NCBI GenBank assembly: GCA_021613535.1
Contig: CP075495.1
Location: 7,130,001-7,194,000 of the forward strand
Origin: Adineta vaga
Lineage: Eukaryota > Animalia > Rotifera
Length of the DNA: 64,000 bases
Direction: 5' to 3'
Part shown: piece by piece, positions 13,956-30,053 of the stretch
How positions within the stretch are numbered: position 1 is the stretch's first letter
How the letters are laid out: each line of letters starts with the position of its first letter
Position numbers and translations under genes: made by a program
The notes under the pieces: model-generated
The model's database searches: none
The model's input: the letters and a program-made list of their open reading frames with translations, nothing else
Told to the model about the DNA's origin: nothing

Positions 13956-16900
13956 ATGGATTTCAATAGTACGACAATATCATATTTTGGTGAACATGCA
14001 TCGAAGAAAAAAAATGCACAAACACACAATCAGAAAAGGACGAAATTACCAAAAATTGTTCTAAGAAATCCATCAGGTTTTATAATAAAAACGGAAACAA
14101 CATATCAAAATGCTATTTATGAAGCAAAAGCAAATCTTTCCATACCAAATCGACGATTAACAGATACCGAATGGCGGTAGGAAAGATTTGATGGTAGTTT
14201 ATTAGAATATAAAATTCTTCTTTTTTTTCATATTGTAGTTTACCACATGCACCTGTTCCATCGAGACCAGATTATACACGTTCATTAGACTACGATGATT
14301 TTCGTGCGTTAAAAAAACCTCCGAGATCAGTAGATTCATCAACAACAGAATATATGGATATGTCATTTTGGGTAGAAGATTTACTTAATTTTCTTTTGAT
14401 TGAAAAACATATATCTTTTATAGAATTATCTTTTACCTGATAGACGACTCGATCAAGTAAAGTAAGTTCAGCTGAGACGTATAGTATTCATAAAGATATT
14501 TTCCATTTTAAATAGTATTTCTCGTCGTACAATGGAAGAATACTGTCGAGACGGATATGCTGTGCCACATCCAGAATTTATGAGCAATCTAGATTCATTT
14601 AAAAGTGTTAAACAGTTATTTTTAGCTATTGTTTCATCTCCATCAGCATTAGACAAAATTATATCAGGTTTCGGTTTAATGAGTGATCGAGAGTAAGAAA
14701 TTAGAACAGGATCTTATTTCATTTCTCTACATTTTCTCATTGTTATACGTATAGAAAAATGATCATGGCACGAGTACTTGATAGTTTATTTCAAGATGAT
14801 TTTGCATCATTACAAGACTTACCTGAAAGTATTAGAAATAAAGCGATATTAGATTTAGCCAAATTGATTAGTGAGGGAAAATTAGCTGGTAAAATATTTT
14901 CTTTATTATTTTCAATAACAAATGTTCTCTTTCAGATGCAATGCAAGAAAAAGTTCTAGTTGGATTAGCACAGAACTTAAGTTCACTACCACCAGACATA
15001 CGAGCAAAAGGTAAAGATAATACTATCATCTTCATTTGCAATTGTAAGAAGAAGAATTGATGTAAATTTGAAATGTTTATATAACATGAAGGAAAAATTG
15101 ACAAAGTATAAAAACATTTAATTGTAACTTTAGTAACGGAACAATTGATAAAATCTATTGAAAATATTCCACCTGAAGCTCGTGAACAAGTCATTCAACA
15201 TATACTCTCTACGATTGATACTTTATCTGCAGAAGATCGTCAAAAAGTTTTACATGATTTAGTGAAAAAAATCTCTTCACTACCAGAAGAAAGTCGTCAT
15301 GCATTAATTGAAAAAATCATACAAAATCTAGATAATCTTACACTAGATGCTAAAATTCAATTATTACAAGATCTTTTACATGAAGCTGATAAAATACCGG
15401 AAGGAATGCGTGAACAGATTTTACAACATCTTCTCGATAGTCTTGATACTTTGTCTCCAGAAGAACGTGCACGCGTTCTATCGGAATTAACGAAAAATCT
15501 TGCGAATCTGCCGGAAAATATTCGCCAACAATTATTAGAAAAATTATTAGAAAAATCGGATAATTTACCACCGGAAATACGTGATCGAAGTAAAGGATTT
15601 TCTTTCGAATCATCGAAATCATCTGTGTTTTTTTTTCATTAGTCTATGCTGAAATATTAAAAAATGTTAGTGACATTCCTGAAGAAATGAAACGTAAATT
15701 AGTTGTTGAATTATTAAAAAATGTCGATAACATGGATCCATCATTACGACAAACTGTTATGAAAGAAATTCTCAATAATCTAGATCTTGTTGATCCAACT
15801 ATGCATGGTCAAGTCTTACAAAATTTTCTTCATTCATTAGATGATGTACCTGCTGATCAACGTGATGAATTGTTAAGAAAAATCATCGAAAAATCTTCGA
15901 AATTAGATGATCCAGAAATGAAACGACAAATTCTAGAAGAAATTTTAAATAATGCTTCCAATTTATCAGCTGGAGTCTTTCAAGAATTGATTAAAAATGT
16001 CAACGATTTACCGGCTGATCTTCAAGAACGTCTCTTCCAAGAAATTTTATTGAAAAAAGATGATTTACCACCATCCGTTCTCGAAGAAATCATTCGAAAT
16101 AGTGCACATGTTCCACAAGCTGTTCTTAAAGAATTATTAAAATCAGTTGATAAATTAGCACCATCATCTCTAGCAGAATTAGCTAGACATTTGAATGTTT
16201 TACCTGAAGAATTACGAGCACAATTACTAGCTGATGTAATGAATTCTATGGATAAATTAAGTGACGAACAAAAAGCAGCTGTTATTGGTGAACTATTAAA
16301 AAATCAAGGCAATCTCAATCCTGAACAATTAGAAACTTTAATGAAAAATTTAGATGGACTTGATCCAGCTCTAAAAGAAAAAGTTATGAGAGGTTTATTA
16401 GATAATGTAGAAAATCTTCCGCCAGCTGTAAAAGAAAAACTGGTAAGTGTACAGATTTGAAATGTTAAAGAGAAAGTTACTAAGGAACATGTCTTGATGA
16501 AGATGATTGATCTCTTTTTTTTTCTTTGAATAGATTCAAGATTTATTAAATAAAAATTCGGGTTTAGATCAAGAAACACGTGTAAAAATGCTTTCCAAAC
16601 TGTTAGAAAATCCAGATAGTTTAACAAAAGAAGAACGTGATAGAGTTCTAAATCAATTAATGAATGAAATTGATAATGTCAAAGATCCGGCAATGAAAAA
16701 GAAACTCCTTAATGAATTAGTTACAAATTTAAAAGATCTTCCACCTGAAACAATGACACAATTAATAACAAATATAAGTACATTATCATCGAAAGAACAA
16801 AAAGAATTACTGAAACAAATTATGGAGAAATTCGTTGAATTAACACCCGAAATGAAAGAAAAACTTGTTGAAGATTTACTTAAATCAGCTGCAGGTACAT

Positions 16901-19900
16901 TTTCACTTATTCATTATTAACGAATCTTCTCATTGATATTTCTAGGTATGCCGGTTGATGTTCAAAAACAAATGATTGCCGATTTATTGAAAGAAATGAA
17001 AGATCTACCACCAGAAGAACGTGCGAAATTAATGGAGAAAATGTTAAGTAATCCGAATCTCGATCCATCAGTTCGAGCAAAATTATTAGAAGAAATGTTA
17101 AAAAATGTCGATGATTTACCTCCGGAAGAACGAAAAAAACTATTAGAAAAAATGTTAGAAAATCGTGATAGTTTAGATCCAGCAACACGAAAAAAATTAA
17201 TAAATGAAATGATTAAAAATCTCAATCAAATGTCACCTGAAGAACGTGATAAATTCTTAGCTGGTTTGTTTGTTGATTTTCATTGATAGAATTCGAGTTT
17301 TTCTTTTCTCAAATAGATCTTGCGAATGATCCTGATAAAAGAGATCTTTTACAACAATTATTGAATAGTGGACAAATAAGTAGTGAAATGAAACAAAAAT
17401 TAATCGAAGAAATGACAAAAAATCCTATTGATCCGACAACACTACTGACTGTTCTACAAAATTCCAAAGAAATGTCACCTGAAACACTTGAAAAAGTGTT
17501 GAAAAGTATTGAGAATATGTCTGGAAAAGATTTAGTAGAATTAGCGAAAAGTTTAACAAATCTACCTTTGGATGTTAAACAACGTGTCATGAAAGAAATA
17601 ATCAATAAACTCAAAGAACTTGATTCAAATATTCAAGCATTGATTCTACAAGAAATGTTACGTGCATCGACGGGTATTGCATCTGAACTTCTTTCAGAAT
17701 TAATCGTAAGTATATTATTCTATTTGTTTCATGTTCTTTTCGCATTTGTTTTTTCATTAGAAATTGGTTATCACATTAACTCCAACATTGATTAAAGAAT
17801 TATTAATTCGTGCAAATAAACTTCCATCAGAAGCATTTAAAAAATTACTAGAACATATGGATGAAGTTCCTATTGAAATTCTTGAAGATATTATTAAAAA
17901 TCTCGAACAATTATCTGCAGAAGTTATTTTAGCATTACTTGCATTAAAAAATCTCCCGGCAAGTATACGAGAAAAACTTTTGAAAGAAATTAGTACAAAT
18001 AAAAAACTAAAAGATAAATTGAAAGGTAAGATTTCTTGCGAATCTTTATTAATTGATGATCTGTTGTCGATATTGTAGGTATTGATCCATTGCGTATCGA
18101 TGGCGTAGGAGGTATAACACCAACACCTCGACCACAAGTAAAAAAACCTAAAGTCGTATGTAGAAAAAGAAATAAAGTGCTTGTCGAAATATATAATATG
18201 ATTTAGAATATACCATCAATGCCGAAAAAAGTTTCGAAAAAGTCTGATGATCCAACTAAAGACGTAAGAAGAATTGAAAGTTATATTTTGAGTAGTAATG
18301 ATTTCTTTTTCTTAGCTTCTTAATCCAGAAAAATTAGCAAATATTGATGAAAATGATTTAGAAGAATTATTAAACAATCCAAATTTATCACCTGAAGTTC
18401 GACTAAGACTCATGGAAGAGCTAAGGTTTGTTCTTTTCAAAATCTTCAATCTATTTCTTTCGATTCTCATTACAGAAAAAAACGTGCGAAAAAACGTATT
18501 GTTGATGTTCCACCGTTAGCGAAAGCAAATCTCGAAGAAATTGCTGATCCATTAGATTATCTATACAAATATTGTATCATTCAGTACGTATTTGATTCAA
18601 ATATTCCTTATTTAAATTTGAATTTCTTCATTTCATATAGTCCTGATCGAATGATTAATTACGAACGTGTCTTTTTAAATACAATTAAACATCAAAAAGA
18701 AGCATATCCGGGTCAAAATCCACCAGCAGATTTAACAAGTATAACTAATATGAAACGAGGTAGTGCGATGGGAAGTGCTTGGACAAATATTGGTGGTCGA
18801 AGACGTAAACGTGCTTCGAAACAATATCGAGTATTCGATGGTGCTGATGATGAAGATGAAAATAAGTAAGTAATCGATCGTGTTTTCGATTGGAAATAAT
18901 GAAATTTCGTTTAAGTCTTACTAACAAACGAAGTCAATCCAGTATGCTTAATTTCGAAAAAGAAATTATTACAGAATGTTTCAATGAAGATGAACCACCA
19001 GTGAAAGTAAGTAGATGAAAATAATGTTCTTCGCAAATCGTTGACTTCATATCATTTCATGTAGTCGGAAACAGCTCAAAAACTTGAGAAAATCAATTTT
19101 ATCATCGAGGATCTTCGATTAAAAGAAACGGATACAACTCAAACACTGAATGCAGCAACTGGTAAACTCAATCTCATCTCTTTATTTTGCATATAAAGTT
19201 CATTGTATACTAGGACAAATCGGTCATCTAACATTCGATGCTATTATCGAACTTTATCCTGAAGTACTCGATCCTGATTACAGTCCGAAAAAGAAAAATC
19301 AAGATGTAAGATAAAAAAAACGAATCAATCCTATTGACATTTAATTTATTGTATTTTCAGTCTACAGACAAAACTATTTTTGAATTGAGAAATTATGCAT
19401 CATCATACACAACTGAACAATTAGTAACTCGATTATCAAAACCTCAAATACAAACTGTAAGATAGAAAAATGAAACGATCGAAAATGAATTCATTTTCTT
19501 TTAATTAGATTAATAGTCGAGATGAAATTAAACAACTCAATGGTCAAGTACGTTGGAGTACAAGTAAATTAACTCAAATACGTATGAGAATTGACATGTT
19601 ATTAGGTATAGATAGTGCTAAATTATAGTCATTAGATAGATGAGTTTGATTTGTTTCTAGGTGAACGTGAACATTTAATTGTTCTCGATCAAGAAGAACG
19701 ACAAAAAGTTATGTATAAATATAAACGTGTAGAAAGATTTCGTCGTCAACAAAGTCCATTATGGAATGCTTTACATCCAACTACTGTAAATAAAAGAAAT
19801 TCTTAAAAGCAAATCGATTTATTTTTATTTGTTAATGCAGGATTATGAAATGAATATTGAAGAACTTGAAAATGCACTTCGACAAATCAATGGAAATCTA

Positions 19901-20597
19901 TTTTCCGATAAAGAATGTCAATATCTTAAATGTGTATGTATTCATGAATTAAATTTAGTTAGAAAAACGATTTAAAATTGTTTATTTAGATTTTGAAAAT
20001 ACCCGGTGTTAAAAGTATTAATTTAAGAGTATTCAGTATCATTGCTGCACTTTCCGAAACAGTGAATCAAATAGAGTAAGAATATTAATTCATAATTATT
20101 CAAATAATTGATCATTTCTTCTAGACCTTTTGTACGTAATCTTATCAATAAATTTGATTATGAAGCACTTGATATTAAATTACAAAAAGCTAAAGTTAGT
20201 TTTTTGAATGAAAATAAAACTCTTACGAAAATGTTTTCTTTTTTTCTTAGGAATTATTCTATCTCATGGCAGATAAAAGTCAAAAGATAGCACCAAATGG
20301 ATATGTACCATTAGAATCATTATGTGTCGAATTATCTGCAGGTGGAATTGAACAGGACAGTATTGAACATGTAAATAGGAATAAATCAATAGTTCGATAG
20401 ATAAAAATGCAAATTTCTTCGCTTTATTTTAGTGCAAGAAGAAATTTGATCGTGAAGGTAAAAATTATGTCGATTTTACTGATTGGCTTATATATGTACC
20501 ATTATTCGTTGAAATTCATACACGAATTGTTTCTAATCCATTTCAACGTTATGAAGATCCACTCAAACCATCAAAAGAACTCGAAGAAACTAAATAA
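13956..20597 (+). CDS. Large multi-exon uncharacterised protein with tandem 15/19-aa helical repeats and a C-terminal EF-hand-like region
   Basis: A run of + strand exons separated by roughly 55-nt introns. Repeats such as NLDNLPPExRxxLLxELLK span about 14800-18010. The last exon reads CKKKFDREGKNYVDFTDWLIYVPLFVEIH...ETK*. Not every internal junction was checked. Confidence 0.8.
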
Positions 20598-21750
20598 AAA
20601 TCTGAGAAAATGATCGTTTTCATGTATATATATATATTGCTAATTATACACTCTTTTGACATTTTAATTTCGATATCATAAATGTATTTGAATATCATCA
20701 GAATAAAATTTAAATCAGTAGAAAAAATGCGAAATAACTAATAGAATATCGTTTGACGAATGAAGTTTATTGGTAAATTGATCAGTGATTCATCACACCA
20801 CGTATACAAAAAATACAATCTATTCCCTACACTTTTTCGTGATATAAATCGATTAAATATCGTCCTTATTCTTTGATGTCGTTGAAGGTATATCTTACAC
20901 GTGACTTTCTTATCATAGATTACGATATTTACAGCAAGTCTACATGTTTTACTACTCTCTGTCGTTTCGGAGATCGATTGATTTACGTTGTTTTAATACC
21001 GTCTAACGTCTCATGATTTACCAGTCACTATCATTTAGCTGGCATGAAACGTGTATGAATATAAACGTTTTTCTCTTTCTTTTTTCTTCTGTGATTCTTA
21101 ACCACACCCACCTTAATCGTTCTGATGCAGTCATGATCATGTAAAACGCCGTTTATGTGAATTTTACATTATTTACATTGAATCTAGATAATAAATGTAA
21201 ATTCGTTGTGATATACTCTTTTCATTTTCAAATGTCGTTAAAGGACGTTTTTAGAAACAATATTGACATTGGCTTAATTTTTTTCTCCTTTTTTTTCCTA
21301 GAGATAAAACAATGTCGTTGACGAATAAAATCACTCTTTCCATTCATCAAATGGCCGAACCGATTAAGAAGTAAGTTATGAAGAAAAATAGCAGATCTCA
21401 CTCGAATATTGACGTGCAAAAATCATTCGAAACGATTATCGATGGTTCCTGTTTATTTAAAAAGGACAAGCTGTATACATTTCTATTTCTTGCCTTATTC
21501 ACTATCGAATAATGAGAATTACGTTAGGTTAATCATTTCACTGTATTCGAATTGATAGGTATAAGAATACAATTGACAATTTGATAAAGATAATTGCATA
21601 GATGAATTGACGCAGTCATTCGTGACGAATATTTTCATTTAGTTAAATTAAAATGCACTCAATTAGTACTAAGAGGAAAAAATAAAGAAGAAAAGGATTG
21701 AGAACTGTATGAAAAGTTTTTCATTTAGATTATTACAACGACAATCGGTC

Positions 21751-23512
<1,762 letters not shown>

Positions 23513-25367
23513 TTTTTTCACTGTGTATTTTCTACCAATTTGTACTGCTATGGTTTTTCTGACGTGTGTGATTTCATTCATATCGTAAATATCAAAGAAA
23601 AACCATCTTTATTTTACTTTTGTTCTTTTCTCTTTAACTTTTTATTCGTGCGAAAGATTAGAATAAGTCAGTTGTTGATGACATAGAACCTTTGTACATA
23701 TTCTGACCATGAACACAGCAAGTCGAGTATATGTACATGACCTTGACTAATGATCATTTACATGATACCTAATGGCTTTTATGAATCACATTAGACTTTT
23801 ACCATCGTCTATCTGTCTTGTTCTCTTCAATATTGATGTCATTATTTTTTTTATTGCTAGATATTCATTTACTAACAACACATTTTATACAACTTCACCA
23901 GTTCCTCTTATTATTATCACGTGTATGGTATTTATATCAAAATATACATTTTGACAAATCATCGAACGATCTACTTTCTTTTGTTTGATGATATATATAG
24001 ATGTATATGTATGTGTGTGTGTGTTCATGTCGAGTATAAGAAAAAATGATCAAAGCAATCGATCCGTTCGTTCGATTGATTGATCATTGTCTGCACGCTG
24101 TCTAATCGATGACCTTTTACTACGATGTATGTTCTGTCTATTTCATCATCTGGTCCTAAATGTAATGCACTACACATTGTTGATTGAGAAACTTCTAGTT
24201 GTACTATTTTCCGATCAAACATAGTAGGTGCGAGTGGTTTTTTCTTTCTTTTCTTCGAGTAAGCATGCTTTCTTTTTTGAAAAGATTTTATGTTTCCTAT
24301 CGTCAAACAGACCGGGAAGTAGGAGAAAAAAAGCATAGAAAAAGAAAACGGTTGCTACAGTATCGGAACTTATATTCTTCTGTTAGACACATATTAGATC
24401 GTTTATAAGAGTCCTTTTTTTTTAATACAAAACAAGTGTTATATGTATGTTGACGTCTGCTCGACGTTAATCTCAAGTATTAGTTGAATGAATCATCATA
24501 GTCGATGGTTATATAGTATATATCACTACTACGATTGCTTTTTATCAAACAGGTAAAAACGACGCATATTGATTGAAAAATACAATCATCCTCTTGAATA
24601 AATTCAATGGTTTCTTTTTTCATCATTTTTCTCTCTCCATATGATTCTTTCGTCATATTCTATGTCTCTCTCTCTCTCTCTCTCTGCATGATAGCCCTTT
24701 GACCTCATCTACACCACATGCAGGTGTTTACTTGTATTACTATTCGATCATATGCCTTATCCGCATATGTTGCTCTTTTTTTTCTTCGCCTTTCTCTAAA
24801 CTAGTATTGACACATCTTTTATTGATTATAGGTTGATAATTATGAGACTTCCGAATATATAGATTGAGACAAATTTAAATATAAATACATAGAGACACAC
24901 GTACACACACGTTTATATACATATCAAACAGTCGAAAGATTGCACAACATTGATTGAACCGAGTCGTCGTCGATTGATATTTGTTGTCCATTTTGATTAG
25001 ACTCAATGTCTATCTATCGCTTCGACACCGTTCATTGTAAAGTAAAGAAAAAGAGAGCGAGAGGAGAAGAAGAAGAAGAAGAACAGAAGAAAAGAGAGGA
25101 CACGACGAGTAAAAGAGTATAAAACCAATCTCCTTCGTTCTCGTTCTTTTTGCCTGCGCAAATATTCGCATTTATATCGTTGTGATGCCGAATAGTGTTT
25201 CGAATTAAACATTAGACTCGTATATAAATATGTATATTGGCATCTCTTCATCTTATGACGCAATATCTCATTTACTTGTTTGCTACAGGAGACGATCGAG
25301 GCTGGTGAAATTATTGTTCTTCGCCTTTCTTTTTAGATTTTCTAAATCCATTGCATTTTTCTGCTCA

Positions 25368-26928
25368 ATGTTAGAAAACGATGATTTATCATCTTCAGAT
25401 CCGGATCCAGAAAATAAGGTAAATTGTTTCTAATGAAAATCAAAACTTTAAAAATTTTTATCATAGATCCTCCTTGAACCTTATGAATATATACGAACTA
25501 TTCCTGGCAAACAGATTCGACCAAAATTAATTAAAGTAAAAACTCGTTTTTCTTCTTGTTTAATCTATTTCGTTTTTCTGTTAGGCGTTTAATTATTGGT
25601 TTCATATTCCTGAAGATAAACTTATCGTTATTGGAGAACTTGTTGAAATGCTTCACAATGCATCATTACTTATCGATGATATAGAAGACAATTCAAAATT
25701 ACGTCGAGGTTCACCTGTAGCTCATAGTATTTATGGTGTACCATTAACGATCAATGCTGCCAATTATGTCTATTTCTTAGCCATGCAAAAAGCTCTTACA
25801 TTAAAACATACTGATGTGACACAAGTTTTTGTTGGTATGATTTTCATTGATATTAATTTAGACTCATAAATAATGTTTGATAGAAAGACCTTCTTATCAA
25901 ATCAATGTGTAAATACTTGATGATTTTTATAATCAATGAGAATGATGCATCGAATTTCGCGTACTCTTTTCTTTTTCTCACTTTCTCGTTCTCGCATGCG
26001 TGTAGGTTATAAAGAAAACCTTGATTTAATAACTAATTAAATTGGCTTATCTTTACCGTCAAAAAAGGGCAAACTTGATATACATCATCATCATCAACGC
26101 CGTCGTCTAAATAGTCTTCTGTTTTTCATCTGATCATAGTATGAAATCTGATGGAATTTTTCTTTTTCTTTAGACCAAATGTTAGAACTACATCATGGTC
26201 AAGGAATGGAAATTTGGTGGCGTGATAATTTTGTTTCTCCATCTGAAGATGAATATCGACAAATGGTCATAAGAAAATGCGGTGGACTATTTAATTTAGC
26301 TATACGTCTTATGCAATTATTTGCTCCAGTTGAAATACGTAATACTTATAATTTCGATAGACTATGTCAATTAATGTCACTTTTATTTCAAATACGTGAT
26401 GATTATTGTAATTTAATATCGGATGAATATACGAATAATAAATCTTATTGTGAAGATTTAACTGAAGGAAAATTTTCATTTCCAATTTTACATGCCGTAA
26501 ATACACGCGAAACCGATACACGAATTATTCATATATTAAAACAGCGAACACAAGATATTGATTTAAAACGTTATTGTGTACAATTATTACATGAATTTGG
26601 TTCAATTGAATATACACATCAAACATGTGATGATTTAGCAAAACAAGTTTACGATGAAATTGATGCTCTAGGTGGAAATAATTATTTAGAAAATATCATT
26701 CAAAATTTAATGGAAGTATTTCGTCAGGAAGATGATCAAGAGGCTGAAGAAGTCAATGGTAATAATGACGATATTGAAGATGATGATACATTTGTTAATG
26801 ATCAAATTGATGATGATGATGATGTTGATGATAATGATATTGATGAAAATCAAAAACAATATGAAGAAGCAAATAAAACCTATAAGAAGATGACAACGAA
26901 AACAACGAATGGTAGATATCATACTTGA
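25368..26928 (+). CDS. GGPS1: Geranylgeranyl diphosphate synthase
   Basis: ILLEPYEYI..PGKQIR, LHNASLLIDDIEDNSKLRRG (FARM), LELHHGQGMEIWWRD, FQIRDDYCNL and CEDLTEGKFSFP. 4 exons. Confidence 0.96.
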
Positions 26929-27444
26929 TTATATCTGAACTTTCGATTGAATGATATATCCATACATACATACATATATATATATTTTACAGTGAAATAG
27001 ACGTTGTTATTTTTCACTAGTCATGTTTAAGCTTCCTATTTTCCTTCGCTCTCTTTATGTATATGAGAAACGAAAATCTCCGCTCTTGTTTTAATCGTTG
27101 TTTGTGCAAATCGATTTATATTGTTCTCTGTAAAAACAATAATTTTTAACTAAATAACAAATTCGAATAACGACTTTGTCTGTACAAATAAATGAAAAAG
27201 AAAATATAACAAGAATGTTCTATAACTATTATAAGAAACACGTATGTTAGTTCTTTCGGAAATGGTGATTTCTATCGACAAATGATGCATTAATAATAAG
27301 AGAACATTAGTTACCTTACTCGATAAGTTTCCGTTATTTTCTCGAATAATAAGAAAAAAAGAAAGTAAATCTAACAGATTGGTTCGTTGAACAATGATTC
27401 ATTCAAAATATTTATTTGATATTAGATCTAATGGGTTATCCACG

Positions 27445-27475
<31 letters not shown>

Positions 27476-27700
27476 TATTTATTCACTTTGATATGACACG
27501 TAATATCATCATAACCCTGATTACAAGTTCATTTCAATACAACATGAATGTTCACATAGTCGATATATTTTGATATTTTTCATTCTGAGATTGAAAAGAA
27601 TATCAATAGAAAATAAGAATGTTTAATATTTGCTTTTATTCGACAATATATAACGATAAATAGATAAAAAGACATTCTTTTTCTTTTCGGTAAGAAAATC

Positions 27701-28481
27701 TTATTTTGCTGATGCAGCATTATCAGCAGTTGTCGTTGGTGCTGTTCGTTCTTTATGGATGACAATACCACGAGCAATTAAGTCTGGTATTTCTACAGCA
27801 AGCCATGGACCAAGCTATTATTTAAATATTGACATTGAAACAAATAATTAATCACTGTCTAGAAAAAGGAAAAAACTTACACCAAGAGCGAGTGCATGTG
27901 CAATACCAAAACGAGGTACATTTCGAGCCCATAATGGTTGAAAGTGATCAGTCATACAAATTTTTCCACCACTAAAGAAAATTAATCTGTTGCAAGTTGA
28001 TAACATATAGAAATAACAATACTTACCGATACATTTTAGCTGTTTTTCCATCGAGATCAGGTATAGCAATTTCCGGTGCTGTCATTGGATATGTTACCGG
28101 TATCTAAATGAATGAAAATAAAATTGATAAATCTTTAATCCGAAAAGAAAATTTCATATTTCATTTACATCAAATTCAATATCAAATTCATAACGTAACA
28201 TATCTTGAATAGTCCAAGCTTTGCCCCACCAACGTGTACCTTCTTGATTTGATTCCAAACGAAACCAATCATTATCACCTTCCTTATTGTTTTTCACATA
28301 CTAAATGAAGAGAAAAAAACAAGTAGTTGTATTTATTTCGAATCAAATATTTATTTACTTGAATTAATGCTTGAAGTTCTTCTTTCAATCGTTGTCGCCA
28401 TTGTTCACCATCACGTGGACTTGCTTTTGTTCTCAATAGTGGAATATTAGAAAGAGTTTTTTTCGTAACCTCGTCTACCAT
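27701..28481 (-). CDS. UFC1: UFM1-conjugating enzyme 1
   Basis: [98 protein letters not shown]. Confidence 0.97.
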
Positions 28482-28579
28482 CTAGAAGAACAAAGAATAC
28501 AAGTTAAACTTAAGATTTTTGAGTTTGTTAAAATAAAATAAATGGCTTTTTTTTTCATTATATTAATAAAGTTTATTCT

Positions 28580-29404
28580 CTAAGAAAATTTAACACCATC
28601 GGCACCATTATCGGTAAAAACAGTTGCTTGACCACGTTTTTCCAGTTCTCCAAGAACACGACGGAAAAGATGTGGATCAATATTATGAAATTCTATAAAG
28701 ATAATCATTCAATAATATACATCAAATTTAAAGAATGTATACATACCAGCTGAACGTGTATCATCACCATGTAATAATTCATAAAATGTACAGACTGTTC
28801 CATTCATACCATGAGCTGTGATCTTCGAAAGAAGGAAAGAAATAATCAAGAATATGTTTGAATTTGATGTACAATATATACCCATTGATAAATTGTTTTT
28901 GCCCATTCTTCAGGTGATTTCCAGAGAACTAAACAACGACGTTTGTTCTTATCTTCCCATTCAATATTACCTAAATTTTTACTGAATAAAATTAATTATA
29001 AAAACTATATTCTATTACCTCGACTTCGTAATTCTTCAAGTAAAACTTGAATGAAATTATTATCCAATTGACCTATAGAAAATATCGATCAATTGTAAAG
29101 ATATATTTCATGAAGAAAGTTTGAAAAGAAATATCATACGATTGATTTTTATATTGGAAAATGGTGGAAATTTACTAGCATCATTTACATCAAATGTACA
29201 AACTTTTTTTAAACGACAATAATCAAGTATAAGTGAACACCATGCATCAAGTTGTTTACGACGCGTATCAAGATTCGGTTGAAGGCTAAAACATGCAAAA
29301 CAAAAGTGATATTTCGACTCCGATGTTAATCTTAAGTTTATTTACGTAAAAAATGGTGGAAAATCATGATACCATGATATATCCGAAATCTTTGTAGCTG
29401 CCAT
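28580..29404 (-). CDS. VPS25: ESCRT-II subunit VPS25
   Basis: WYHDFPPFFTLQPNLDTRRKQLDAWCSLILDYCR, GNIEWEDKNKRRCLVLWKSPEEW, GTVCTFYELLHGDDT, and C-terminus DGVKFS*. Confidence 0.96.
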
Positions 29405-30053
29405 AGTTTTGTTCGTAAAGTTACAGTCTGAATTAAATAGAGTAAATTTTTATACGTATAAGATCATTATCAACTTGTTATTGAAGGAACTCAAAAGAAA
29501 GAACAATTAGACGTGAGTCCTTCAGACTACGATGTTAATAAGAAGGACATGAAACGAAAATAGAAACTTGCGAAATCATAGTTGTTGTTAATCTTTAACT
29601 AGTCACCGTTTGATTTCGTTATTCGTATTTGGAGTTAGATTAGTTTTAGTTAGATATACGTTTTACACAAGTTTTACTGGTACTTTTTATATACGAATGA
29701 GGATTCTGATAGATGTCGTATTATACAATTATTATTTAAAATATTCTGAAAGAAAATGATTTCAAATGATAGTCTTCTTAGAACATATTAACTTTTATTT
29801 ATTGACGATTTTATTTCTAAAGTTCTCCACTATAAAGGTTTCCTGTTCATGGTTAATGGCTACTGTGAAATATCAAATTATGTTTACTTGTCATCCTCAC
29901 CAATGCAATGCAATGAGTCAACTACGTGCCTTGAAGAGCATTGATAAAACATGATCATGTATTATCATTTTATATAAACATATTAGAATTTTTTTCTCGA
30001 TATATATTTATTTGATTACGAATTTCATTTTAGATTCATTTCATCTATTAATC

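Noticed and set aside
14868-18137. Several antisense ORFs of 87-126 aa overlapping the repeat protein
   Set aside because: These are shadow ORFs caused by the codon bias of the sense gene and have no protein-like motifs.
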